DNA from: Hydrolagus affinis
Taxonomy: Eukaryota
DNA length: 64,000 nt
Direction of reading: 5' to 3'
Assembly (NCBI GenBank): GCA_012026655.1
Contig: JAAILG010001047.1
Location: 1-64,000 of the forward strand
In this document: positions 1 through 11,954 of the stretch, in pieces
How the letters are laid out: each line of letters begins with the position of its first letter
How positions within the stretch are numbered: the first letter of the stretch is position 1
The notes under the pieces: model-generated
The model's input: only the letters and a program-made list of their open reading frames with translations
Database searches by the model: none
Told to the model about the DNA's origin: nothing
Translations under genes and position numbers: made by a program

Positions 1-104
1 GTACACTGAAAATGTTAGCGCTTGGAACTGCTAGGAACTAAGCTGACTTTAGCGGGGAGGCTCGGGTTGGGACGGCGTTTTGGCTGCGGCCAAATACAGT
101 AATA

Positions 105-187
105 CAGTTAAACTCTCACTTAACAAAATTTTCGCTTAACGAAGGATTTTAAAGTCCCTAACCCTTTCGTTAAGCGGGGTCTACCTG
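105..187. mobile_element. Tiny Tc1/mariner (pogo/Tigger-like) MITE or element end
   Basis: TA|CAGTTAAACTCTCACTTAAC ... GTTAAGCGGGGTCTACCTG|TA; imperfect TIRs with TA flanks. Confidence 0.5.
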
Positions 188-534
188 TACAGTACACTCT
201 ATTCAATACATAGGTTGCAATTTTCTCTGTATGGGTGAGGTTAAAGTTGTCCATCTCTTATTCTATCGTTTTGATGCATCTGAAGGTATGGAATCATACA
301 GAAAATGGTATATACCTCTGCAAGGTCCACTTTAAGACTAACCTTTAATTTGTGATGCTCGGCGCATATTACAAAATGCCAGTTCATAGCACGCTGTTTA
401 ATAAGTAAACACTTTCGGATACACCAAAACAGCTAAACTAAGTGGTGGAACCTGTTGCTAAGCATCATCTGCCCCTGTCCACTCCCCATTTCAATGATAC
501 AGTCCAAAGAATCCCCCACACTCAAATGGTGCCT

Positions 535-850
535 GATACAATACAAATGACATGTTTATAGCATCTTCCACATCAGGAGGATGCCTCAAAGTGCTTAACG
601 ATATCGGGGCATATCAGGAACTAAATATCAACATCTGAATGCAGCAGAAAAGGAGACAAAAACTGAAGTAATTCTGCCTGATTGGGGCCACTAAAAAAAC
701 ATCCAGGGTGGTGCCAACAACCTTGAATTTGCCCGAAGGTGACAATGGAGAATGAAGGTGGGTGCGGAATGCCGTTTAATTGTTGAGCAGCATGAAACTA
801 ATGGTGCATGTGGAGCCTCGCAAATTAAGGAGGTGTCCCAGAGAGGAATA
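535..850 (-). mobile_element. Old L2 LINE 3' fragment
   Basis: Degenerate reverse complement of the family-A stem-loop and tail at 535-600, followed by purine-rich L2-like sequence. Confidence 0.5.
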
Positions 851-869
851 CAAAGAAATGTGTAACATT

Positions 870-1170
870 TTTAAATGGGATTCAAAACATAAAGCCAGAA
901 CAATCCTTTTGGATACACAAAGATAACAGAAGAAGGACATAGGTTTAGAGTTGCAAAGGGCAATTTCGGGATAGACACCAGGAAGTTTTTCTTTACCCAG
1001 AGGGTAATTAATGACAAGAACATGCTACCAGGAATAATGATTGGCATTAGGAGGCTGGACTCATTTAAAAAACAAAATGATAATGTCATAGGAGGACAGT
1101 AGGTTTGGATATTCTGAAAGGAAGTGATCGGATGGGCTGAAAAGCTTTCTTCATCCATACCAAAATTCAC
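870..1170 (+). mobile_element. CR1 LINE 3' fragment
   Basis: GGACATAGGTTTAGA...AGGAAGTTTTTCTTTACCCAGAGGGTAATTAAT (GHRF...RKFFFTQRVIN, CR1 ORF2 C-terminus) and GATGGGCTGAA 3' UTR motif. Confidence 0.75.
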
Positions 1171-2336
1171 TCCACTAAGACAAAAAAAGGTTATATTAAT
1201 AATATAATAATCCTTATTATTGTTATGGGTACGGCATCAAAGTTTTTCTTAATAAACAATTTCTTTATGAGAATTCTGAGCTGTGTTATTCACACATTAA
1301 TCAGACAAGCTCCACATAATTTTAATGATCTTTGGATCATCTAATCTGACTAAATAAGTCCTTATTAAGGAATCCAGTTAGAAAATCATTACGTTTTAGA
1401 ATCCCACCCCCCACCCTCTCATGAAAGCATTCTACCTCACCCTAGCAGTGTGATGGGAGACTTGCAACAGTAAGGTTTTCTCATCTGTCAATTATTACCT
1501 GAAATATTTTTATTGCAGTTCTGGAACTTTCCCATGATACATGAAGCCATGTTTTTACAGCTCTCTAACAGAGCAACCTGGAAATGGAGTTTGGCTGCAT
1601 TTCTTAATTCATAGCCACTGCTGACTGTCCCCAGTTACACCAGTAGAAAATCACATCCACACTCCTCGATAATTAACATTCAACCTCCAAGGACATGGTG
1701 TTCTGAACCACCAAGAGCTTATTGTTCTATTGCATATTCCCTATATGTTATTTGTATTTACTGGGGAATATAGTATGAAGGAAGCACTTTTCAATCGATC
1801 CTTTCTTGTCTAGAAATACATCCTGATGTACTTTCCGCCTTTTTTGAGAATCCTCACTGTACTTGAGATCCACTTTGTTCTGCGCTAGGCTGCTCGGGGA
1901 AGCTCTTCTGGTTTTACTGTTAGCATGTTAGCTTTGGGTGGCCTGGTCTCAATCCAACCATGGAACAGTTTAGTCCAGGACACTGGACTCATTTTTAAAG
2001 AAAGAAGCTTGATGGGAGGACAATAGGGTGGGAATTCTGGAAGGATTAGATCAAATGGACTGAAGGACCTTCTTTATACAAACTCTCCGGTGATTGAAAT
2101 TGTTTTCCTTATAACAAGGAATCTTTGGAACCTTGCAGCCTAGGCTGCTCCTGTGATTTGTTAGGGAGGAGTTGGTAGTGGCTCCGTTGAGTTTGCAATG
2201 ATGGGATCTTTCACTATTTTACTATGTACCTATTCGAGTCCCAGACATGAAAGCCTCACCTGAACCAATGGGAAAACAGCAGCGCCAGAGAGAAAACAAA
2301 TAATGAGAATAAGGTTTGTGTGTTTCTAATGGGATT

Positions 2337-2408
2337 TGCAAAGCGCTCTGAGATGCTGTCTGGCGTGGAGGACGCTATATAAATCGAAGTTGTTGTTTAG
2401 TTGTTGTT
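2337..2408 (+). mobile_element. L2 family-B 3' end only (stem-loop + TTG tail)
   Basis: AAGCGCTCTGAGATGCTGTCTGGCGTGGAGGACGCTATATAAATCGAAGTTGTTG. Confidence 0.75.
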
Positions 2409-2480
2409 CTTTGATGAGAAGGGTTCAGGAATCATCCATGATTATTTCTTTTAGCCAGGTTTATAAGTCACTTTATAAGT

Positions 2481-2793
2481 GGAGTCCTGTAGCTCAGTGG
2501 TTAGAGCACTCGCCTTACAAGCGAGAGACCCGAGTTCAATATCAGGCAAGGCAAAACCTTGGGCAAGTTTCTTTACTCCACATGCCTGATATTTATTAAT
2601 CAATCAATTGGTCATTATCAATCCATAACTGTTTGTTGGACACTGCTGCACGCACTTGGCTGCCACATTTCGGCCACAAATATACAGTCAATTCACTTTA
2701 CAGTATATTCTGTGAAGTGCTTTGATGCATCTAGAAGAAGTGAAAAGCGCTATATCAAATGCAAGGATTGCTATTATTGGTAGTATTATTATT
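2481..2793 (+). mobile_element. tRNA-derived SINE (Val-like head, L2-type tail)
   Basis: A box TAGCTCAGTGG, loop CTTACAA, B-box-like GAGTTCAATATC, 3' stem-loop and GCAAGGATT(ATT)n tail; same family as 28310-28625 and 32846-33166. Confidence 0.88.
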
Positions 2794-2839
2794 AAATATT
2801 TTGGAGATTCCTACGAAACCCTAATGAGTTAATTGACAG

Positions 2840-3213
2840 AATAACAATCATTCTTAAATTTGATGTAGGACTTTTTATATCAGAAGGACTTCTCAAAGCA
2901 CTTCACAGGAGTTACCTAAAAGATGAGTGACTGTATTTTGTCAGCAAACACAGCAGCTAATTTATGCACAGCAATACCTCACAAACAGCTATGAAGTGAG
3001 TGACCAATTTTAATTGTGAGGATTGTTCTCTTTTCAAAGAACGCCATAAGATATTTTACATCCACCTAAACAGGCAGGTGGGATCTCAGACAAATGCCTC
3101 TTGGTACCTCTGACAATGCGTTGGTGTGTCAGCCTCAACTGTGAGTTCAAAATCTCCATGTGGGGCTTGAACTGAACCTTTTGACTCAGAAGTGAGATTA
3201 ACACAACTAAGTT
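2840..3213 (-). mobile_element. Old Deu-domain-type SINE
   Basis: TTTTACATCCACCTAAACAGGCAG, TGTCAGCCT and GGGGCTTGAAC...TGACTCAGAAG blocks shared with 23585-23945, 43594-43985 and 63083-63236; resembles recalled AmnSINE1/SacSINE1 consensus. Confidence 0.7.
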
Positions 3214-4565
3214 AAAGTAGAGTGATATATAGCCCGCTGAGCCTTTCTTTTCCCAGTTCACTCTTTATATTTTAGCGTCAGCTGTAACTAGAATAGAAGG
3301 CTCCTCAGGGAGCTGTATTTTTGCCATTCTATTATTTCCAAGCATAATGTCCGAGTTTCTCCTGAAGTTATTATTGTGCACTGATTATTTGTACGAGTGT
3401 GAAGTTGGTCATATTGTGACTGCTAAAAATAGTGATTCTTTTTCTCTGTTATTGCGACTTGGGTAAGACACACCTTACAGTCTCCTCGGCCAGCCTACAT
3501 TAGACACATACACCTATGGATTGATAGCGGTATCTAAACATAATCTGACCACTAAAAATAGTGATCTTTTCGTCAAATGTTCAAAACAGGATCTCCAAAC
3601 AGAAGGACGTAATGGAAAGATCCTATTTTTATTGACCACCACCTGACAGATCCCAGTTTGTCCAACCACTCTGTGTTGCTTCATACGAATCTCCACCAAC
3701 TTCTTACTTGTTCCTATACCCTTCTGTTCTCGTCTCGCTCATGTGAAGGGCTAATTGAATGCATCTACCCTATCTGATGTAATCAATCTATGCAGAATTT
3801 CATTGCATCCAGAATTTGGCAAATTCATAAATCCAACCTTAATTTTAACGTCGATTTTCTTTCAAGAAATAAATGTTCGTTTAAGAAATATATACAACTT
3901 TAAAGTCAAGTCTGAAATCAACAATTTGCCAAAGACTGGATGCTCTAAACTGCAGCATAAATAAAATGAATCTAGCCTAAGGTAGGCTAGATCAAACATT
4001 TCAAAATTGTTTCCTTTGTAAGGTTTTAACATGCAGGGCTGATCCTGAATCAGAAAGAATTTCCATCAACTCATTTCAATAGAAACAGCAAATTGATAAA
4101 TCACCTGTGTGCCTATCCAGAAAAAAAAGGCTGATTTGTTATTTTACAGCAACTTTGGATAAGCCCAGGTCGGCTGCAATCTTATTGAAACATGTTCTTT
4201 CGAGGCTCCATTGTGACCCGCAGAAAGAGAGTCCATAAAAGTGTGATGTTTTTTCTTAAACAAAGCAGCGTTTTTTTTAGCTGCTAATTTTAGGGAGTCG
4301 AAAACAAAAGGGTAGAGGTGCCTTTAGGAATATCCGCATTAGGCCATAAGCCATGGGTACCAATCCTCCTACCCACTTCCCCCAGCATCAAACTGCAATC
4401 GATTTGTGGGAGTTCTGGTAATACTTTCTAAATGCCTGTTTTCTGCCAATGAGTACAAACCAGCATAAAAGTAGTCAAAAGCAGCCAGCGAAGAAAGACA
4501 AAGAGAGGAGCAGTAAACGGATTTCCATGAAGCAAAAGTTAAAGGCTGTTCTCTGCTGCCCTTAC

Positions 4566-4730
4566 CTGTTCCCAGAATGGGACACTTTTCACAGTTTGGC
4601 CCCCAAGCCTTGCCAACGCTGCAACAACACATCTGCTTGCTGAGCTGCACAGACAGAGGGTGCAGGCACTGCTTCCCTGCACTGACAAATCGGTAACAGG
4701 GCCCTTTCTCTTCAGTTAAAAGATTTTCAG
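4566..4730 (-). CDS. LTBP1: LTBP1 exon: first TB (8-Cys) domain; gene continues beyond the left edge
   Basis: Long pyrimidine tract + CTGCAG|CT; (P)ENLLTEEKGPCYRFVSAGKQCLHPLSVQLSKQMCCCSVGKAWGPNCEKCPILGT with the TB CCC triplet; donor G|GTAAGG; 165 nt, phase 1-1. Confidence 0.96.
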
Positions 4731-4872
4731 CTGCAGCAGAAAAGAAAAAAAGGGAGGGAGGTTGCCAGAAATTATCTTTTTTAAAAAAAAATATTAAAAT
4801 TCCATCACCAACCAGCTGAAAAGGATAGAAATTAAAACAGCAAAGTGAAAACAATATACGTTAAGTCACCAC

Positions 4873-4930
4873 TGTGTGTGTGCATGTGCATGTGTGTGTG
4901 AACGTGTGTGTATGTATATATGTATATATA
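4873..4930. repeat. (TG)n/(TA)n microsatellite
   Basis: Degenerate dinucleotide repeat visible directly. Confidence 0.85.
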
Positions 4931-6413
4931 CCAGCACACAAAGGCTTGAAGCACCCCATGTACTGGGTCAGAGCCAAAGTTGTGAAATGCATAGATCTTA
5001 AGTTAGCAAATATTTAGCTTCAAACTGGAGCATAGGGAAAGCCAGCATGGCCCCAATAGAAATGCAGAAGCTAGAAGTGTTTCTCCATGCACCTGAATTA
5101 GTACAGCAGCAGCCTCAGGATTGAGAGCAATGCAAGATTGCTAAGTGGTCTATATAATAATCCACACTCACTTTATAAAAATAAAGGCATATTGTCACAT
5201 TACTGTACTTTAACATCCTTGACATGCTCGCAGAGCAATCTAAATCATTCAGGTATTGCAGGCAATAAGAGGGCAATTTTATTCCTCATTCCAATTTTGT
5301 TTTCTGTTAGTTGTAACAGTATTACACTGACTACCATGTGCAAATGTTATTCTTATTCTTTCTGTGTAGTGTTTAAACTAATGCTGGCATGGTGTGCAGT
5401 TTAGTCTAGTCCTGTATTTAAAAATACACCAGCCATACTATATTCTAAATAGTACCATTGTCTTCCTGGTGGTGATTTGGAGGGGGAAGAGGAGAAGAAG
5501 CTAGCTCTGTCATTCCTACCAGGTGATCTTTTGCTCACCTCATTCCCATCGCTCCTTCAAATAATTATTGTATGCCTTGTCCATTTTGAGCTCCAGGTGA
5601 AATTAATATTGGTGCAAGACGCCAAAAGGAAACGGAAAGAATCGCGCCCCCCCAACGTTAGAGTTCATAGATGAAGTCACTGGTCTCCAACCCATGTAAA
5701 ATCACCAACATTGACACAAATATGACTGCAAGGCAAGGACAAGCCATCCAAGTGTAGGAAAACACGTTTAAGCCTAAACAGCAAATAATATTGAGTATTT
5801 AAATTGAATGCCGGTGCATCCTTTGGTCCTTTGAATACATAGCACATAAATGATTTTCTTGCAAATCAAAACATGAAAGGACGAATGCAAATGGCCAACA
5901 GTGCTGCAGTCGTGTACACAGCTAGAGCTGTGATGGCATCTGGGAGGCGTATGTAACGACTGATAGACAAGTTTGGCAAATGTCTTAATAACAGATCAAC
6001 TCAAAATACTTGAAACAGCAGTTTCTTCAAACACCCAGAAAAAAAAATTGCCACCTTTGTCAGACGAACTTTCACATATGCTGAGAGGAAAATAGTAACA
6101 TACCCTTTGTGTAATTGTTTTTCACAAGGATTCTAATCTTGTTCAACCACATTGCTAAAATATTAATTTATTTAAACCCACTTATCTGGCATTGTAAAGT
6201 ACTTGAGCTAATTGAGTTTCTCCCGTAAATAACAGCAGCTGTGACACAGTTTATAAAACACCTTGATTCTTGGTTAGCCTTCAAACAATAACAGTGAGTG
6301 TTAGTGGCATTGCATATTTTGATAGGGTTTGGAAAAAAAAATCAAGCTAGCCTAAACTCCAGACCTTTCCTTCTGGTTGTTTTTTAGGCTCAGTTGTTCA
6401 TGTTTATACAGGA

Positions 6414-6681
6414 AGCCATAACACCACAAAAAAAGGCAAGTAAGAAACACATGAGGTAAATAGAGGCTGCGCAGCCTAGGTCAAAAATGTGGCTTTCACA
6501 ATAATTGGATGTACATCAGGAGGGTTTAACGTGGTGCACACCAGGTTACCAAAATGATTCAATATGTACAACTGCTTTGTGGAATCCTGTTGTGAAAGCC
6601 ACATTTTTTACCCCCAAACCGTAAAAACTCTATTTATCTTGTGTTTCTTACTTGCAAGATCTTGCGCAGTGTGTTATAGCT
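6414..6681. mobile_element. Foldback / MITE-like element with long imperfect inverted arms
   Basis: Perfect inverted pairs 6436-6451/6640-6655 (16 bp) and 6483-6501/6590-6608 (19 bp), plus 6457-6465/6628-6636 and termini AGCCATAACAC/GTGTTATAGCT. Confidence 0.75.
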
Positions 6682-6799
6682 CAAAGCTCAGAGAGAATTT
6701 ATCACGTTATGTACAATTCATTTAATTTCTATAGTGTGGAAAGGAAAAAAAAAAAATTGTTTGACAGGAGGGACTGTCTTCCGTTATAAGCAACATTCA

Positions 6800-6920
6800 A
6801 TCAATTCAAATTACATTTATATAGGGCCTTTCACGTCGGTAGGACATCCCAAGGCACTGAACAGTCAGGTAGGGACCAGAGCAGGGGTGGGAGGGGTCAA
6901 GGTAGGGGGAAGGAGAGTCA
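6800..6920 (-). mobile_element. L2 family-A 3' end
   Basis: AATTACATTTATATAGGGCCTTTCACGTCGGTAGGACATCCCAAGGCACTGAACAGTCAGG. Confidence 0.8.
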
Positions 6921-7371
6921 GAAAATTGACTGTATGTTTGTGGGCGAAACATTCACTCAAGATCGCAATCAGTACGAATTAACACCAATGTGCATCTATG
7001 CACCAGAGTACAGCGCACACAATGCAGTGGGTTCTGTGTAACGGTCAGAAGGCCAGCTGTTCCTGTAAAAGAACGCAAGGGTATTTGTGGAACACATCTT
7101 TCAGGTTCCACATGTCTTCCACCCCTATATATAAAACCAGTATCAAATCACACGATGTTCTCTTTAACTAAAAGAAGCTTGGCTTTCGTGGATGTTCCTT
7201 AGAGGTCCTTTGCTACCTCTGGGGAGAAAATATTTCGGAATGAAAAACAATTGTTTCAAAGACTTTCCCAATCCAATTGTTCAAATGAGAACTGCTTTGG
7301 TGTTGACATTTCTTTTGGTTGCAGGATCGATCTTTATGCCCTTTGAAATTCTGCTCCTAAACTTTACTTAC

Positions 7372-7485
7372 GGTTACAGGCAGGATCAGCTACGAATCCA
7401 GGCTTGCATCTGCACCTGTAACTGCCCAAGGTATTCAGGCATTCTCCGTGGGGGCACACACCTTGTATTTGGCATTCATTGATAT
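7372..7485 (-). CDS. LTBP1: LTBP1 exon: calcium-binding EGF domain
   Basis: Acceptor TTTTTCTAG|AT; (D)[37 protein letters not shown] with D-I-N-E-C and C-x-N-x4-Y-x-C motifs; donor C|GTAAGT; 114 nt, phase 1-1. Confidence 0.95.
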
Positions 7486-7529
7486 CTAGAAAAATAAGAC
7501 ACATCATGTAAGCCTTCAACCAGGACTGG

Positions 7530-7735
7530 TAATCGTACCCTAACCTTGGGTATCTCAAGACCTTCTTCTTCAATTATGGCTTCATCATCCCCCCCACCAG
7601 CCTTCCTTGCCCTCCACCCCTCTTGACTCCAGTCCGCAGCTCAGTTGCAAACCTTTGACTGTCCAGTGCCTTCGAACATCCTCCCGACATGAAAGGCACT
7701 AACCACATGAATGTGATTAGTTATTTATTGTTTGT
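7530..7735 (+). mobile_element. L2 family-A 3' end adjoining the cbEGF exon acceptor
   Basis: CTCAAGACCTTCTTCTTC ... ACTGTCCAGTGCCTTCGAACATCCTCCCGACATGAAAGGCAC. Confidence 0.7.
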
Positions 7736-8204
7736 TTCATTAAATTCTAGAAATGATCTACAGTATTTACAGGTTATGGTGCAATTCTGAACGCTGTATT
7801 TGGAACTGAAATGATCCTAAATATAAATTATACAAATCTGATACAGTGAGTGCATTTTTGCATTGATTGCCATGGAAGGTCTGCCATTTTCATGCCTATG
7901 AACCAATGATGTATAGAATGAGAAGCTGCAATGCTCAGTCATAACAATATTGTTCTCACCTACTTGTACCTCGCTTATTGCTGGCCCCTGCTCCTTTTCT
8001 TTCCAATCACTTGTCATTTTTTTAAACAAGTGAGGGTAAAGGCACTGAGTCTGATCACCACTGAGCAGCCAATGCGTAACCAGCACTACTTATTGCACGA
8101 GTCATCTGATAATAGGACATCAGTGGTGACCTACATGTCTACATGTATTTGAGTGAAATAAGAAGGGTAGTTTGTGAGCGATATGAATACCCACGTAATA
8201 CAAA

Positions 8205-8370
8205 TGTTCGCTAGTTAGCTTTTATGTAGAACCTTATCAAATGCCTTCTGAAAGTCCATATAAACAACATCCATAGATGTACGCTTATCCACCATTTTAG
8301 GGACCTAAAATTCAACTAAATTAGTCAGACACAACCTACCCTTCACAAACCCATGCTGATTCTCTTTGAC
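8205..8370 (-). mobile_element. CR1 reverse-transcriptase fragment
   Basis: Minus strand reads MDVVYMDFQKAFDKV, the CR1 RT motif. Confidence 0.85.
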
Positions 8371-8374
8371 TAGG

Positions 8375-8705
8375 TGATATAGCAACCTATCATGTCTTCA
8401 AGACGTCTCAAAGCGGTTCACAGAACATACTGTAAATTTAATTGACTGTATATTTTGTAGATGAAACATAGCAGCCAATTGCACACAATAATTGTGGATT
8501 GAAGTGACCAATTTTTAATGATTTTTTGGGGAAGAAATTATTACCACCAGAAAAGCAATCCACCAATCAGCTAACTACCAGGTTCCTATTTACTCCTAGG
8601 TAAGTATACATATGGAGGAAGAACCAACATTTCATCCTTCTAGGAATCTAACCTAGGTCTTTCACTTGTGAGGCAAGTGCTCTAACCACTGAGCTACGGG
8701 ACTTC
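8375..8705 (-). mobile_element. tRNA-derived SINE variant with a different central domain
   Basis: Head GTAGCTCAGTGGTTAGAGCACTTGCCTCACAAG, central CCTAGGAGTAAATAGGAACCTG block, and the same 3' tail as the other SINEs. Confidence 0.8.
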
Positions 8706-11562
8706 AATAGCCCCGAAGATGAGAAATGAAAACATAATACAACAGTTTATTTTTCATGCATTAAAAACCTTTTTTGTGTGGTTGCTATTAATATCCATAA
8801 TTACGTATATATGAGGGAACGTATTATTGGAGATTCAGCTGTAATTATAATACTGGAGCAGGAATGTGAACCATGCCAAGCATGTCACGGAATGTATGGG
8901 ACAGGCTGGATCTGGTATAAGTAGTAGAGAGGGAATTCAGGAGAGAGAGTCTTTCGGGAACTAACTTCTCCAGGCAGGTTTAATGATGTGGTCTGTATTC
9001 ATCTATTCAGGTAATAAATGCACTACTACCATCCCATTCACTCTCTCAGTGTCACTCCCAGGGCATGGTTAGACTCTTTTTGTACATTATTTTTTCCTGC
9101 TGGTCATTGAGAATTCACTGAAAAGTGAAAAGGCCACCAATCTGTGGGACAAGAACAGTCATCTTGGAATGAAGAACTGTGCAGAAAATTATGCAAAATC
9201 TTGTTTTCATTTTGGTGCCTATTCATTCTTTTGTTCCTGCACTTATTTGCACAGGTTTTTCCTTGTGATTGTAAGGTCAATGAATCTTGGAAAGTTTACA
9301 AAACAAAAGAAAGCAATTCAACACTCTGATGCTTCTAGCTGCTCCATTCTTCCCATTCAATCCACTGTTCTTTTTCCATACCTTTAATATTTGTTAACTC
9401 GTGACTGCTATGAACAGTCTATGTTTTGCAGCTGGTGGGTGGGTGATTTCTAATTGATATCTAGGTTGCCCAATCAATATAGTACAATACAATTAACATT
9501 TTTATAGCACCTTTCATGTGGGAAAAAGTGTTTGAGATTCAGGGACTCAGAGACTCCCACTTTCCTTAGTTTCCTCACTTACTAAAACCCAGTAATTATT
9601 TACAGTGAGGAACAATTTATGGAGATAGCGTAGTGTGTGCGTGCTTGCTGGGTCTCCACACAGCACAAATTCCCAGACCTTTTGGAAAAAATTAAGCCAA
9701 CAGCAAGTTCCCTGATATGATACTTGGGCCATGTAAGGTTTTTAAACTAACGCGATGATTTTGATTGCTGCATCCAGGCAAAGTCTAATTTCAATTGCAA
9801 TAATGCACTATAATAATGGGTAAATCAATTAAAGTAAACTGACTGATGTACTTAATTGTTGTATGTTCTCGGCAGCAAAATAGGTCTCGAAATGTAATTT
9901 GTTGTTGTTGCAAAATGGACCCAGACAGCAACATTGCTTTCTGTGTTTTTTTTAATCAGAATCTCGCATCGTTCATATAAATAGTGTCATTTTCAGCACA
10001 GTTTATCAGCCCTGCAGTTAGAGTGGAGAAAAATAATAAGGGAAAGGCTTTTACGGTTCAACTTCCCGATGAAATCCATGCTACTCCAGCACGGAATAAT
10101 TATTTCCTTCCCATATTATTATCATCAAAGTAGCTGTAACCAGTGGGGACTTCAATAGGTTTTTGGATGAGTCAGTTAGTTTCCTTTACATGCAATGTAG
10201 AACACCAAAGGACATTTGGCGTTTTGCTAGACTCACTCTTGGTCAAACGCTGAAAGGGAACAGCTCTTGATGGATAAGATAAAAGAGTTTATTTGATTCT
10301 ATACTATTATGCCAAGGTGCAGTATTATGTACACACACACAAACACGAACACTGTATTAGTGGAAAAAAAAGTTAAAATAAATTCAGAAATGTGATCTCT
10401 ACCTACTAGCTATGCGGGAGGTATTACATTCCAGTTGTGGCTGTTTCTTTTTGTGAATACTTAGCACTGGCACACCACAAAGTGTTCTTGCCAGTTGGCA
10501 CCCACAGAGGTGAAGCGGAGCCTGAGATCAAATCCATAGCAAGCTCCATCTGTACTCCCAATTCCTCCAAAGCGAATTCTCCGTATATGTGTGGTACATC
10601 AGCTTAATAATCCTCGAATTTCATGTAGCAACTTTCACATTGGAAGGACTTCTCAAAGCCCTTCATGTGATTTACTGTGACGTATCGTAACCATGTAATT
10701 TGTAGGCGAATGTGCAGAGGAGAGCAACAAGGATGGTCTCCGGTGTGTAGAGGAAGGAGCTATGAGCAGCAATTCGACACGCTGGGTTGAAAAAGCAGCT
10801 TGATGCTGTAAAGGAAGCATCTTACTATGGGTGTATTGGAGGGTTGAGATCAGATGGGGTGAAGGGCCTTCTTTATCCAAACAAATCTTATGATGTTATA
10901 CAGTCAACCCACTTTGCAGGCTATCCTGTGAAGCACTTTGAGATGTCTTTGATAACGTAATTAGGAGCTGTACCAAATGTAAGGATTATCATTATCTAAC
11001 ATGTCAGTTCATTAAATTATTTAAAATACCTCAATCAACCTCCTCTGCTGTAAGGAATATAACCAAGGCATACTTTACCCAGCCTATCAACACATGTCTT
11101 ATCCAAGATATAGGACTAAAACATGTGCTATTAAACACTTTCTCATTCCCATCACTGAGACAATTTCCTCTTTAGACTTTTTCTAAGTCTCTGCAACATC
11201 TGCACTGGACGTCCTTGAACTGTTTTTAAAGCTTGTCAAAGGTTAATTGATATTTGTAGCTCCATGACTCACTCTGAGTGTGAATTTTATATAAAAAAAC
11301 AGATACATTAATGTTCCAGTCTTATTACTGGCAGGACATGATCTCCGCTACAGATAAAGGCAGCAATGTTAACAGTTAGGCGCATGACTCAATTTTTCCA
11401 CTCACCACCACAAGTCACAGAGAGAGGAAGCTAAGTAAAGTCCATGAGAACTATTGAACAATTATATTTTTAGGATGTCTGCGTTTATCCTTAATTACTA
11501 AATTCAATATCCACGTCATAACCACACCTCCCATGGAGAGACATGACCAAACACCACCTGAC

Positions 11563-11870
11563 ATAATAGTAATAACCTTAACATTTGATGTAGTGCCGTA
11601 TTACATCATTAAAACTTCTCAAAGGGCCGCACAGAGTTTTCTGTAAAGTATGGTGACTGTGTATTTATAGGTGAACACAGCAGCCAATTTGTGGAAAGAA
11701 ATGTCCCACAGACAGCTAGGAAATAAAAACCCAATTATATTTGGAAGGCAGTTGGCCAGGACACCAGGAGAGATTCTCTTTTCAAATAGTGATATAACAC
11801 CTCTAACATCACCCTAAAGAGTCAAATTGGACCTCTGTTTAATCTTTCATCTAAAGGATTGAGCCAGACA
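11563..11870 (-). mobile_element. Old Deu-type SINE, 5'-truncated
   Basis: Tail AATAACCTTAACATTTGATGTAG, CAGCAGCCAATTTG, TTGGCCAGGACACCAGG, TTTTCAAATAGTG, GTTTAATCTTTCATCTAAAGGA. Confidence 0.65.
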
Positions 11871-11954
11871 GTTGACATTAAATAGATGTGTGACTTCATT
11901 AAATAATTGTATTAAAGTCACCTCTGGCTGCAGCATACTTGAAGACTTACTTGA

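Noticed and set aside
1-4565. Next LTBP1 exon (expected AFKEICPGG..)
   Set aside because: Not found on the minus strand; presumably left of the window.
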